From Leptolyngbyaceae cyanobacterium (lineage in GTDB: Bacteria > Cyanobacteriota > Cyanobacteriia > Phormidesmidales > Phormidesmidaceae): a stretch of 64,000 bases of DNA. The stretch is taken from positions 2,368,001 through 2,432,000 of the forward strand of contig CBDHHL010000032.1 in assembly GCA_965263355.1 (NCBI GenBank), in the 5' to 3' direction. The notes below the pieces were generated by a model. That model made no database searches. It was not told the origin of the DNA and saw nothing but the letters and a program-made list of their open reading frames with translations. Made by a program: the position numbers and the translations under genes. The stretch's first letter is position 1. Every line of letters starts with the position of its first letter. Below are positions 39,073 to 49,882 of this stretch, piece by piece.

Positions 39073-40770
39073 TTGATGTATATCATGTCGCTTCTGTGGT
39101 TCAATCGCTTGATTTCTAGTCTTGTTCTCAGCACAGCACTCGTTTCCATTTCTCCTGTGCTGGCTCAACCGACCGCCTTTGATGCATTAGAAGATATTAC
39201 GTATTGGAGAGATTTGTGTCGTCTGCAGGCGGCAGCAGGTGAGTATGAAAAGGCTCTGACAGCCTGTGAACAGGCTATTGCTCTAGAACCAGAAAATCCT
39301 GATATTTGGGCCCAACATAGCGGTATTTTGGTAAACCTGAAAGCGTTTGCGGATGCGATCGCATCCGCAAATCGAGCCCTTACCTTTGATCCTGAGAACT
39401 CCCTGGCCATTGTCTACCAATGTGTGGCCTACACAGGTCTAGGCGAAAGTGAAACCGCCCTGGATAAATGCAACAATGCATTAAGAGTTAATGGTAACTG
39501 GGGTAGCGAGAACCCTGCGTTAGCATGGTTCTACCGTGGTGAGATTTTGGCCCAGGCAAAACAGTATGAGTTAGCCCTGGTGGCCTATGAACGTACGCTG
39601 TTGCAAGAACCAGAAAATTCGCTAGTTTTAACCCGCCAATGTGAAGTCTATGTAGCCCTTGAACAGCCTCAAGGGGCTCTAAAGGCCTGTGAGTCGGCCC
39701 TGGCAATGGACCAAAACTGGGGGGACATAGGACCTGCCCTTGCCTGGACCTATCGAGGGCAGGCCCACACCCAGCTAAGCCAGTATGACCCGGCCATTTT
39801 TGCCTATGACCAGGCCATTGGCTTTGACCCCACAAACGCTCTTACCTGGGCGGCCCAGGGGCAGGTACTAGAGACACTGCACCGTGATCAGGAGGCGTTG
39901 GTTTCCTACAACCAGGCGGTGGCTATTAAGGCGGATTACTCTCTGGCACTGTTAGGGCAGTGTGCGTTACTCAATCGGCTGGGTAGCTATGAACCGGCGT
40001 TAGCGGCCTGTGATGCGGCCATTGGGGGCGATGGCGACTGGGGTAACCAACCCCTGGCTAGGAGTTGGAATGAACGCAGCATTGCCCTAATGGGGACTCA
40101 ACAATATGAAGAAGCCCTGGCTTCGATTAATCGAGCGGTGGGGATTCAACCGGACTATGTGGCGGCCCACAACCACCGGAGTACAGTTCTTTGGTATTTG
40201 GGACGTTACACAGAAGCCCTGGCCGCCAACCAGCAGGCGCTCAACCTGGACAAGACCTATGCCCCTGCCTGGTTTACCCGAGGGATAATTTTTCGGGCCA
40301 CAGAACAGTACCCCCATGCGCTGGCGGCCTATAACCAGGCGCTGGCGTTAAATCCTTTTAACGACTGGGGCTGGACAAATCGTAGTCTGGTGCTTTGGGA
40401 ATTAGAACAATATGGCGAAGCGTTAAACTCTGCAGACCGGGCAATTGCCCTGAATTCAACATCGGTTCAGGCCTGGTACAACAAGGGAGTGGCCTTGTCT
40501 GCAATGGGGGAATATGAGGGGGCGATCGCAACCTATGACAAAGTCCTCACCCTTGATGCCGCCCATGCCGAGGCTCTAACTGGACGCGGCATCGCCTGGT
40601 TTCATCTGAATGACCATGCAGCCGCTACTGCCGATCTAGAAGCAGCTTTGGCCCTGAATCCTGATGATATCCTTGCCCAAGATACGTTAACAGCATTGGC
40701 AAGTACCCAAATAGAGTCCCCAGCTGCTGCTGAGACATTGCCAGTACCGCCCCCACCTCCACCCTATTAG
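39073..40770 (+). CDS. Exported TPR-repeat protein
   Basis: Signal peptide ending VLAQ; many TPRs (AW..RG..L..L.QY..AL.AY..A); Pro-rich tail. Confidence 0.92.
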   Translation: MMYIMSLLWFNRLISSLVLSTALVSISPVLAQPTAFDALEDITYWRDLCRLQAAAGEYEKALTACEQAIALEPENPDIWAQHSGILVNLKAFADAIASANRALTFDPENSLAIVYQCVAYTGLGESETALDKCNNALRVNGNWGSENPALAWFYRGEILAQAKQYELALVAYERTLLQEPENSLVLTRQCEVYVALEQPQGALKACESALAMDQNWGDIGPALAWTYRGQAHTQLSQYDPAIFAYDQAIGFDPTNALTWAAQGQVLETLHRDQEALVSYNQAVAIKADYSLALLGQCALLNRLGSYEPALAACDAAIGGDGDWGNQPLARSWNERSIALMGTQQYEEALASINRAVGIQPDYVAAHNHRSTVLWYLGRYTEALAANQQALNLDKTYAPAWFTRGIIFRATEQYPHALAAYNQALALNPFNDWGWTNRSLVLWELEQYGEALNSADRAIALNSTSVQAWYNKGVALSAMGEYEGAIATYDKVLTLDAAHAEALTGRGIAWFHLNDHAAATADLEAALALNPDDILAQDTLTALASTQIESPAAAETLPVPPPPPPY

Positions 40771-41085
40771 CGGTAGGGGCATAACTTTGTGTCGCCCTTA
40801 GAGGTATGACCTTACAGCGCGTAACACATGCAATGCCCCTACCGGGGGGAACCACATTATCGCTGTTCATAAAATCCACTGTGGTATTGTAGGGAAAAAT
40901 TCGTAAAGATTCAGCACGGATTTTCATGTTGAAAAAAGGCCCCTAATTATAAGGGTTATGAGGAAGCATCTACTGCGAACCTGAACTTTCGATTCCCCAT
41001 CCAAGGGACCGGTTGATTTTGAAACGGTTCAAGTGCGCTCAGCAATATGGGCAAATGACGTTTCTTTTTCATCGAAGTGGTAGAT

Positions 41086-42729
41086 TCACTTACTAGAGTG
41101 CCAAATTTTAATGGTCTGGTCTTTACTACCACTAACCAGCGTTTTACCTAAGGCATCCAGACCTAGGGTCAACACCCAGTCTGAGTGATCCCTTAGCGTT
41201 TGACGTAATTCTCCTGTACGGGCATCCCATAATTTGACGGTGTTGTCCGTACTACCGCTGGTGATTGTCTCTCCGTCAAAGGCGACGGTTACAACTCGAT
41301 CGGTATGTCCTTCCAGGGTACGCACAGGTTCACCGGTTAACAAATCCCAAACTTTGAGCGTGGTATCCCAGCTGGCACTGACTAATTGTTCGCCATTAGG
41401 GTGGAGTGCGATCGCACGCACCGCATCCCCATGGCCCTGCAGCCTATGTAAGTTCTCTCCAGTCTCTAGATCCCAAATCTTAATATCGCCATCGGCTCCG
41501 CCACTGACAATGTGTTTACCATCGGGAGTAATCGCCACGGCCCAACAGGGTCCAGCATGCCCCGAGAGACTGTAGCGCAGCCGACCAGACTGGAAGTCCC
41601 ACACATTAATTTCACCATCGTAGCTGCTACTCACGAGGGTTTGGTTATCCTGAGCGATCGCCACTGACCAGATCGTTGCCCGATGGCCATCAAAGGTTTT
41701 GAGCAACTGGCCGGTGGCCATATCCCAAGCTTTTAGGCTCATATCGCCGCTACCGCTTACTAGCATGTCGCCAGAAAGATTAATCGCTAAGGTCCGCACC
41801 ACATCCGTATGGCCTGACAGCACACGAACAACCTCATTTTGCTTAAGGTTCCAAATCCGGATTACATGGTCGTAGCTACCACTGACCAATGTGCCTCCAT
41901 CAGGGGTCAGGGCAACGGTCCACACAGGTGCCAAATGTTTGGCAAATGTATGGATTAACGAAAACTCTGGATTTTGGCTGGAAACACTTGCCCCATACTC
42001 AGAAGCATCCGCGACCTCTTGAGAAGATAACTGAGGCATCGTCGAGGGTACTGTCAGCAGGGAATACCCCCCTAGCAGGGCAAATACCGCCGCCCCGCCC
42101 CAGGCCATCCAAGTTAGTTGAGACCCCTTGCTTGCCCGTCCACGAGAAGCCGTTTGTTGATCACCTTGCGCAGGGATTGACCATGTCTGACGTGCTGGCT
42201 GAACAAAACTAATAAAGCTAGCCGACGATGTAAACTCACCCGTGGAAGGATAGCGGTTTCGATAGCCATGCAGGAGATATAAATATCGACAGACCGCATT
42301 ACTAAATTTTGTTTCAGGGCTGATCTGCCAATCTTCAATGCAGGCCCCTGTCAATTGAGCCGTATCAAACCCTGTTCCAGAGACACAGGAGCGAACTAAA
42401 ATTGTCTGGCTGAGGTTTGCCTGACTGAGGTTCGCCATATATAAATTCGCATCCGTCAGATCGGCAGCCCCTAGATTAGCCTGACTTAGATAAGCTTGGG
42501 TGAGTTTTGCAGCCCGAAGATTCGCATGTGCCAGGTTAGCGCCAATCAGACAGGCTTGGGTCAAATTAGTCTGCTCAAGATTGACACCATCTAAACGGGC
42601 TTCAAATAGGTAAGCTCCACTTAGATTTACCCCACTCAGGTCTAACGGTAGGTCAGGATGCTCCCCTCGCCAATCATTCCAGTAATCTACCCCTTTCTCA
42701 AGCAAGGCAAGATGCTGATGGTTTGCCAT
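41086..42729 (-). CDS. Pentapeptide repeat + TM + WD40 protein
   Basis: GVDYWNDWR and pentapeptides; LTGACIEDW; about seven GH...WD repeats. Confidence 0.92.
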   Translation of the reverse strand: MANHQHLALLEKGVDYWNDWRGEHPDLPLDLSGVNLSGAYLFEARLDGVNLEQTNLTQACLIGANLAHANLRAAKLTQAYLSQANLGAADLTDANLYMANLSQANLSQTILVRSCVSGTGFDTAQLTGACIEDWQISPETKFSNAVCRYLYLLHGYRNRYPSTGEFTSSASFISFVQPARQTWSIPAQGDQQTASRGRASKGSQLTWMAWGGAAVFALLGGYSLLTVPSTMPQLSSQEVADASEYGASVSSQNPEFSLIHTFAKHLAPVWTVALTPDGGTLVSGSYDHVIRIWNLKQNEVVRVLSGHTDVVRTLAINLSGDMLVSGSGDMSLKAWDMATGQLLKTFDGHRATIWSVAIAQDNQTLVSSSYDGEINVWDFQSGRLRYSLSGHAGPCWAVAITPDGKHIVSGGADGDIKIWDLETGENLHRLQGHGDAVRAIALHPNGEQLVSASWDTTLKVWDLLTGEPVRTLEGHTDRVVTVAFDGETITSGSTDNTVKLWDARTGELRQTLRDHSDWVLTLGLDALGKTLVSGSKDQTIKIWHSSK

Positions 42730-43247
42730 GGCACCACATTTGTAGACACACTAACGCCTCCTAGGACTTCACTATAAAGCAAGCAATTTTCTTAAAGATA
42801 GAAGTGATACTAAAGCCGGATTGATTAATCCCGATTAAACTGCATCAGCCCGTAGGGGCAATCCCTTGTGGTTGCCCTATGATATCGAACGTAGGCAGCC
42901 AGGATTTCCTATCAGACGTCAGCAGTTTATCTCACTAAGATTGCCTGGTTTAAGTGAATACCCCTGACTGATAACAATCAGCGTCTACAGTAATACGTCT
43001 ATAGAGATAGATCAGATTTAAATCGCTCTAAAGGGAGCTAGAGTTTGGAATTCGGAGTTCGGAATACCCTTTTCCTTCTGACTTACGTACTATTAGGTCG
43101 TCCAGAGGACCTATTCTGACTTCCGAATTCAGTCCTAGTCGAGATTTCTTAACTCAAGTTGATACCCCAATGCCCAGTGGGTAGGGGCATTGCATGTAAT
43201 GCCTTTAGGACATGGATAATAGTTCATGCTATTCAAATGCAAACGTC

Positions 43248-46200
43248 TTAGATTACCTTCTCTGCCCCAATCAGTTGCTTCAACTTTGTCAAAAGCTCCT
43301 GCTCGTTATAGGGCTTTGAAAAATACGCCGTTGCGCCTAAATTCATTGCTAGCTTACGGTGCTTTTCACTACTGCGAGAGGTGAGCATCAGAATGGGTAA
43401 TTCCTCATACGCCGGTTGCTCCCTCAATTCTTCGAGAACGCCATAGCCGTCAAGACGAGGCATTTCAATATCGCAGATCATGGCGTCTACCGTTAGACCA
43501 CCGACCAGCTTATCTAACGCTTCTCGGCCATCCTTAGCTTGCTCTACTAAATAGCCAGACCGCTCCAGGGTAGTAGCCATATAGCGGCGAGCATGGATAG
43601 AATCATCCACCACTAAAATTTTGGCCGTATTGGAGCGTGAAGAAATGGCAGGGACAGCTGACTGTGCAGGTTCTCGCTCCGGCCCTGCGACGATCCATTC
43701 CACTAGCTGAATCGGTTCAATCAGGGGCACAACACGACCATCACCCAAGACTGTCACCCCACCAAATCCAGGGGGTAATGGGATAGGGCTAGCCACTGGA
43801 CGGATGGCAACTTCTTGTTCCTGCCAGAAGCGATCAATCGTAAGACCGTAGCTACTACGATCTTCGCCCACGACCACAATCATGGGACAATTAATCAATG
43901 GCTGACCGCTCATGGCCAGTGGTCTGGACTCCATGGCCCAGTGCTCTTCCAAGCGCACCAGGGGAATATCTTCCCCTTTCCAAACCATGGACGGTTCAGG
44001 CATCTCCATGGCAGGTGTTTGGATCACTTCCTGTACCGCATCGACGGGCAGGGCAAAAATGGACCCATTACGCTCTAACAGCATCACCCGCAAAATAGAC
44101 AGGGATAGCGGAATGGTAATGGTAAACGTGGTGCCTTTGCCAGACTCAGTTAAGACCTGAATATCGCCCTGGACTTCTTTTAAGTTGGTGCGTACCACAT
44201 CCATCCCAAACCCACGACCGGATAGCTCGGTCACCTGGCCACTGGTGCTAAAGCCAGGTTCAAAAATAAACGACAAGAGTTCTTGCTGCCCCATGGCATC
44301 AACTTGCTGGGCTGGGAGATTGTATTGGCGAATGCGATCGCGAATCCGCTCCAAATTAATACCACCGCCATCGTCACTAACGGTGATCACGACTCGGTTA
44401 CCACGATTAACAGCCCGCAAGGTAATGGTTCCCACCGCAGGCTTCTGCCGCAGACGACGGCTTTCAGGAGTTTCAATGCCGTGGTCAAAGGCATTACGCA
44501 ATAGGTGCATCAATGGATCGCTAAGCTGATCCAAAGCAAACTGCTCCACTAAAGTTGTCGCCCCTTCAAGCTTCAGTTCCACAGGTTTGCCATACTGGAC
44601 CGACCAGTCGCGTACCACCCGAGGGAAACGCCCGACAATCTCTTCAAACGGTCGCATCTGGGTCTGGGTAATCCGATTTTTAAGGGTCCGACTGGTATAG
44701 TTAAGGCCACTAACAGCCTGCCCCATCTCATTTAGACCCAGCTCAATGTCACGGCTCACCTCTTCAAGTTTGACAATGGTCTCCATATGCTCCTGGGTCA
44801 GCAAATGGAGCTGGGAATAACGATCAAATTCCAGGGCGTCGAGTTCTTCAGGGGCGGCAACAGCCCAGCCCATACCATTCTGGCTAGCGCCATTCACACG
44901 AGTGCCATCACCGGCAGCATTGGCCATACTGCCCCCTGCGACAACGGCCCCCTCCGTCGAAGCCCGGTCATACCAGTGACGCAGCTCTTTATTAAACGAC
45001 GCCAGGGCCACCATCCGCTCCTGCATCAGTACACTAAATGCCTGCAGCTGTTCTAACTTTAGATTGACCTCATTTCGGTTAACAATTAAGGTCTCAAAGG
45101 TACTGTTAATTTGCTTTAGCTGGTCAACCGATAGGCGCACGGTTGATGTTTTTTGGGTGCTCGGTACCGATGGCTGAGGCGGTTCACGCAACGGGACTAG
45201 TGGAATCGCGTCCTGGGCAATTATGGTCTCACTGGCTGCCCCTGATGGCTCCTCCTCCAATGTCTCCGGCACTCCACCATGGGTAAGCTCAGCTGGCTCA
45301 ACGGTTTCTAGCTCTAGCGGTAGCGCTGCAAATTGTGCCTGCAGAATCTTTAAATCGACTGGCTCATCTAACGGCGTCTCAACCAGTTCCCCTAAATCAT
45401 CAGCGGGTAAATCCTCAGGAATTTCCAGGGTTGCTAACTGGTCTTGCAAATAGTCAATATCGTTCCCCTGTTGCTCAAGCGCTGGTTCAGCCAAAAGCTC
45501 CGGCAGGGGCAGCTCAGCTGAGTCTCCTAGTTTCTCATGGGGCGTCTCTTTTAGGGGTTTTAATTGAGTCGGCAATCGTTCCGTCCGACCCAAAAGTACG
45601 AGAGAATGACTCCGCTGCCATGCTTTCATAGCCTGCTGGGCAATCTCACTAATGGTGTCAGGCTGGGCAAACGCACATTGCTTTTGCACTGTTTCACACA
45701 GCGATACAAAGGGGTCTAACTGGGCCATCAGGCCAAACTCAGCCATCTGTCTGGCCGTGTCAATCATTGCCTGTCTGAGGGGTTCGCCCTCAAGTTCAGG
45801 TAGTTTTTGCCCTAACTCTTCTAGGGTATCTTCAACACTGGTGGTAAAAATAACAACATCGAGATTAGTATCATTCTCTTCTGACAATAATCGCGCTTCA
45901 TCTTCGGGGGTGAGATCCCCTAAACGCTTTTTCAGCTGTACAAAAATAGGGTCAGCATGGTTTGTTAGCCAGTGGGGGGCAATGGGCTGCTGGTCATGGT
46001 AGTGTTGTCTGGCTGTGCGTAAACAATCCACACCTTGTAACAACAACGTTTCCAGATGGGTATCCACCGCCAGCTGGCGGGCCCGCAGAATCTTAAACGA
46101 GTCTTCGAGATTGTGGGCCACCTGAGCAAGCACATCAAACCCCATCATGCCAGCCGTTCCTTTGACAGAGTGCGCGGCCCGCATGGCGATATCGATTTGG

Positions 46201-46316
46201 CTGGCTCGATCGTCCGCTATCTTGAGACCTAACAAGACAGTTTCAATCTCGCTAAAGTAGGTTTCCGCTTCTGACAAAAAGGTCAGTCGAGCCTGTTGCT
46301 CTTTGTCTAATGTCAT
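43248..46316 (-). CDS. CheA-like hybrid kinase (Hpt-dimerisation-HATPase-CheW-REC)
   Basis: RAAHSVKG, HLLRNAFDHGIE, GFSTSGQVTELSGRGFGMDVV, CDIEMPRLDG. Confidence 0.95.
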   Translation of the reverse strand: MTLDKEQQARLTFLSEAETYFSEIETVLLGLKIADDRASQIDIAMRAAHSVKGTAGMMGFDVLAQVAHNLEDSFKILRARQLAVDTHLETLLLQGVDCLRTARQHYHDQQPIAPHWLTNHADPIFVQLKKRLGDLTPEDEARLLSEENDTNLDVVIFTTSVEDTLEELGQKLPELEGEPLRQAMIDTARQMAEFGLMAQLDPFVSLCETVQKQCAFAQPDTISEIAQQAMKAWQRSHSLVLLGRTERLPTQLKPLKETPHEKLGDSAELPLPELLAEPALEQQGNDIDYLQDQLATLEIPEDLPADDLGELVETPLDEPVDLKILQAQFAALPLELETVEPAELTHGGVPETLEEEPSGAASETIIAQDAIPLVPLREPPQPSVPSTQKTSTVRLSVDQLKQINSTFETLIVNRNEVNLKLEQLQAFSVLMQERMVALASFNKELRHWYDRASTEGAVVAGGSMANAAGDGTRVNGASQNGMGWAVAAPEELDALEFDRYSQLHLLTQEHMETIVKLEEVSRDIELGLNEMGQAVSGLNYTSRTLKNRITQTQMRPFEEIVGRFPRVVRDWSVQYGKPVELKLEGATTLVEQFALDQLSDPLMHLLRNAFDHGIETPESRRLRQKPAVGTITLRAVNRGNRVVITVSDDGGGINLERIRDRIRQYNLPAQQVDAMGQQELLSFIFEPGFSTSGQVTELSGRGFGMDVVRTNLKEVQGDIQVLTESGKGTTFTITIPLSLSILRVMLLERNGSIFALPVDAVQEVIQTPAMEMPEPSMVWKGEDIPLVRLEEHWAMESRPLAMSGQPLINCPMIVVVGEDRSSYGLTIDRFWQEQEVAIRPVASPIPLPPGFGGVTVLGDGRVVPLIEPIQLVEWIVAGPEREPAQSAVPAISSRSNTAKILVVDDSIHARRYMATTLERSGYLVEQAKDGREALDKLVGGLTVDAMICDIEMPRLDGYGVLEELREQPAYEELPILMLTSRSSEKHRKLAMNLGATAYFSKPYNEQELLTKLKQLIGAEKVI

Positions 46317-46324
46317 TGTCTTGT

Positions 46325-48745
46325 TTAACCTTCAACCTTGAACTGCTCGGCGGATGCCTGTAGTTCTTGAGCAACTTGAGCGGTGTCCTTAATTGCCTGG
46401 GCCACCTGGGCAGAGGTTTGAGACCGTTGTTCAGACGCCTGGGTCGCTTTTTGCATCAGTTCGGTTACCGCCTTGGATACCATGGTCTGGTTAATCGTAG
46501 AAACTGAAATATCTTGCATCAGCTGGTTGATTTGCTCTGATTTAGCCAGTACTTTTTCTAACTGCTGCTGGGTAATTTTTACCCGTTGGCTACTGTCAAC
46601 CACCTGAGCCGTACTGGTTTCAATGGCAGCGACTACCTCCTGGGTCTCGGTTTGAATTTCCGCCACAATCTGAGCAATCGTCTTTGTCGCCCCCGCCGAT
46701 TGTTCCGCCAGGGCACCCACCTGTTCCGCAACCGCCGTAAAGCCCTGACCCAGCTCGCCAGCGCGGGAGGCCTCTACGCTAGCATTCACCGCTAGTAGGT
46801 TTGTTTTTAAGGCGATTTCATCAATCAGACTGACGGCCTGGGCAATTTTCTGGGCCGATTCCCCTAAACGCTTAATCTTTTTAGCGGTTTCGCCAACGGT
46901 GGAACGCAGTTCCAGAATACTCTCTGCGGTTTCTCCCATGGACTGGGAGCCAGCCTGGGCCGTGGCGTAGGTATCGTTTGTTAGCGTCGAGGCCTGACTC
47001 GCGTTGTCAGCAACAGTCTGAATAGATTGGTCCATTTCTTCCACAGCCACCATTGTTGACTGTAGCGATCGCACCTCTTCCACGGCCTGCTGTGCCAGGG
47101 TACGGATTTGGTGCTCGTTAGTCAGCAAGGACTGACTTACCTGGCCCGTAGACTGTTTTACATTGACGGCAATATCCCGCAGGTTTTCAATAATGGCATT
47201 GAACAAGTCAGCCACAATGCCCACATCCCCAGGAATAAGTTTCGCCCGTACGGACAGATCACCATCTGCGGCATCGCCGACGTCTTCCATCAGCGCCGTG
47301 ATCTCATTTTCTAAGGTCTCCCGTTCCTGCCTTTGTTCCTCAGCGACCTGTTTTTGCTGGTTAATCAAGGATTGGATTTGGTCCAGCAGGTTGTTAAAAC
47401 TTTGGCCTAAAATTTTTGTCTCACGGGTACCCTCTAGAGTGGCACGGGTATCCAGGTCTCCGGCGGACGCTTTTTGGGACGTGGTGGTGAGGATTTGTAG
47501 GGGAGCAGAGAGCTGGCGGGCAAATACCTGGAGCAAAATAGCAACGGTTACACCCAAAACTAACGCGGTTACCACAAAAATAATCAACAGGTTGCGTCCG
47601 GCTGAATTAATTTCAGCGATGTCCACTGATGAGATCGCAACCCAAGGCACATTTGGCACCGTAGCGACACTGTATTCTCGACCGCCAGACTTTAACAGGG
47701 CGATTAAAACTTCCTGCCCTGAACTGGTGTTAATCCGGTCTAACTCAACTAAATCTACCGGTGACTGTTGAGCTAGCGCTTGCTTAATTGTGTCAAGACT
47801 GTCCTCCGTCCGACCCAGTTGACCGTATAGCATTTGCACAAACTGGGCCACGGGCTCCCCACCATCAATGTTACTCTCACCGAGGGTTTCCTGATCGACA
47901 GTCGTACTAGCCTCTGAGGTAATGGTTGAAAATGCAAGTAGGTTTCGGGTATCCACCACCTGCACCTTTTGGGACCCCGAAAGTGCTGTTGTCAGATAAA
48001 CCTCAAGCCGTTCATTGAGAGTAGACAGGGGGAAAAGGGCTTTCATTACCCCCAAGAATTCATCAGGGTTATTGGCTGGGTGAATGGTCTCGGCAATCGG
48101 TAACCCTACCGTATTAGAGGATTCATCAAACTCCACAGGCTCAACATATCGAATTGATTCTTTGGCCCCTTGCCACCAGGCCTCATCCCGCTGAACAAAA
48201 TCCGAGGTGGGATTGCTGTAAGCCACGTTCAAACCATGGCGTTCGGTAATAAAGATCTCTCCCAGACCTTCCACCAGGGCGACATCGGCCAGATACTGAT
48301 TGAGTTCTTGATTAGGTTTAAGTAATTTCGTCTGGCTAAACTGCTGCTCTAGGGAGTCAATCGGCTTATCGGCCAAACCGCTTTCTTCAACGTCTTTATC
48401 AGCCTGACGCACCGTGTTCAGAATAGTCGGACTAATTAATATCCCTTCAATAATTCTAAAGTTATCTTCTACAAAAACGTTGGCCGCTTCACTGGCCAGG
48501 ACTGACTCCTCTTTTAACAAGAGTAGGGCAGCGTTTTGTTCCGATCGACGGCTAACCAAAATCGCTAAACCACTGGCCACGGCCAATGGCAATAGGGTAA
48601 TGGGTAAAAGCGTTTGCAACAGCTGCCTGCTGAGGGGGCGTCCCTCGGTAGCATTTGTTGCCGAATTACGTAAGTCTTGCCTTTGAGGTTTTGTAGTCTC
48701 TTGAGACTGACGTTGATCGTTGAGTGGATATTGCTGAGCGGTCAT
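46325..48745 (-). CDS. Methyl-accepting chemotaxis protein (dCache, HAMP)
   Basis: TSDFVQRDEAWW Cache motif; TNLLAVNASVEASRAGELGQGF hairpin. Confidence 0.93.
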   Translation of the reverse strand: MTAQQYPLNDQRQSQETTKPQRQDLRNSATNATEGRPLSRQLLQTLLPITLLPLAVASGLAILVSRRSEQNAALLLLKEESVLASEAANVFVEDNFRIIEGILISPTILNTVRQADKDVEESGLADKPIDSLEQQFSQTKLLKPNQELNQYLADVALVEGLGEIFITERHGLNVAYSNPTSDFVQRDEAWWQGAKESIRYVEPVEFDESSNTVGLPIAETIHPANNPDEFLGVMKALFPLSTLNERLEVYLTTALSGSQKVQVVDTRNLLAFSTITSEASTTVDQETLGESNIDGGEPVAQFVQMLYGQLGRTEDSLDTIKQALAQQSPVDLVELDRINTSSGQEVLIALLKSGGREYSVATVPNVPWVAISSVDIAEINSAGRNLLIIFVVTALVLGVTVAILLQVFARQLSAPLQILTTTSQKASAGDLDTRATLEGTRETKILGQSFNNLLDQIQSLINQQKQVAEEQRQERETLENEITALMEDVGDAADGDLSVRAKLIPGDVGIVADLFNAIIENLRDIAVNVKQSTGQVSQSLLTNEHQIRTLAQQAVEEVRSLQSTMVAVEEMDQSIQTVADNASQASTLTNDTYATAQAGSQSMGETAESILELRSTVGETAKKIKRLGESAQKIAQAVSLIDEIALKTNLLAVNASVEASRAGELGQGFTAVAEQVGALAEQSAGATKTIAQIVAEIQTETQEVVAAIETSTAQVVDSSQRVKITQQQLEKVLAKSEQINQLMQDISVSTINQTMVSKAVTELMQKATQASEQRSQTSAQVAQAIKDTAQVAQELQASAEQFKVEG

Positions 48746-48801
48746 AATGGCGTTTAACTCTCTCAAATTACCAAATAATCAATAAACGTAAACATTAAAA
48801 A

Positions 48802-49401
48802 TCAATGATCTGTTACCAATTGATGCTTGCCAATGGCCTCAGCACTTAAGACGAGCATCGGTTTACCATCCTGAAAAACCTGACCACTTAAATAAGGGTG
48901 TAAATCAGCCTCAACTTCATAAACTGGAGAGATAATATCTGCCAAGGAAAGTCGAATAGAACCGCGAATCTTAGGAACAACTAGCCCCAGAAAAAGTTCA
49001 GTGTCAGCCTGTACCTGTACAGTCTCCATCGGTAATGCCCGAATGACCACTACCTCGTAATATTGAGAGGATTCTAATGCCACCGGCACCCCCAATAGCC
49101 GGGCCAGGTTAACGGCCCAAAAAACATGACTTTTGGCACTCATGAGACCCAACACATGGGATGGCATATTAGGCATTGGTGTTACCTGCTGAGGTGACAC
49201 TAATAATGTTTCCTCCACCCAACTTAATGCGATCGCAATCGTTAAGTCCGAGGTCAGTTGTAAACGCAAAAATTGTTCCCCTGAAACAGGCTTGGGGTTA
49301 AATAATTCAGGTAAAAGCTGCTGCAGTCGATCTGCAGGTTTCAAGCCCTGAGAGATTTCCATAGAAGATGATTGCATAGTTATCTCATAAACCTTGTCCA
49401 A
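48802..49401 (-). CDS. CheW-like coupling protein
   Basis: VTPMPNMPSHVLGLM...FWAVNL; cluster position. Confidence 0.9.
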   Translation of the reverse strand: MDKVYEITMQSSSMEISQGLKPADRLQQLLPELFNPKPVSGEQFLRLQLTSDLTIAIALSWVEETLLVSPQQVTPMPNMPSHVLGLMSAKSHVFWAVNLARLLGVPVALESSQYYEVVVIRALPMETVQVQADTELFLGLVVPKIRGSIRLSLADIISPVYEVEADLHPYLSGQVFQDGKPMLVLSAEAIGKHQLVTDH

Positions 49402-49407
49402 GGTTTA

Positions 49408-49773
49408 CTACAGGGTGGCAAAGCGGACGGCCTCAACCAGTTGATCTGCAGTGAAGGGCTTCACAACATATCCAACGACACCCTGCTTCTTTGCCCAGCT
49501 TTTATCCATCTTGCGGCCTTTGGTGGTGCAAGCAACAATGGGAATATCTGCTGTAGATGGATCTTTCTTAAGCTTACGGCAAAGCTCTAATCCAGTAATA
49601 TCGGGCATTACCAAATCAGTCACAATCACATCTGGTCGATCGGTTTGAACCTTGTCAAAGGCTTCCAACCCGTTTTCAATCGCCGTTACCATGTAGCCAG
49701 CCTCTTCCAGATAATGGCTAATTAAGTCCAGCTCAGATTTAACGTCATCGATTACCAATATTTTCTTAACCAT
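49408..49773 (-). CDS. Single-domain CheY-like regulator (PilH/PixH type)
   Basis: ILVIDD, DLVMPDITG, DKSWAKKQG, VKPF. Confidence 0.92.
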   Translation of the reverse strand: MVKKILVIDDVKSELDLISHYLEEAGYMVTAIENGLEAFDKVQTDRPDVIVTDLVMPDITGLELCRKLKKDPSTADIPIVACTTKGRKMDKSWAKKQGVVGYVVKPFTADQLVEAVRFATL

Positions 49774-49882
49774 TTTACCCAATCCTGTTAACTGCAATTA
49801 ATACTTCCCTACACAGGGCATTTCCATAGACCAGAATGATTTAGCTAGAATCACTGCTCACCACTAACTACTCACCACTGAC

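Noticed and set aside
43815..48686. Many short plus-strand ORFs opposite cheA/MCP (and similar shadows opposite phoX, TPR, WD40)
   Set aside because: Antisense shadow frames of well-supported genes
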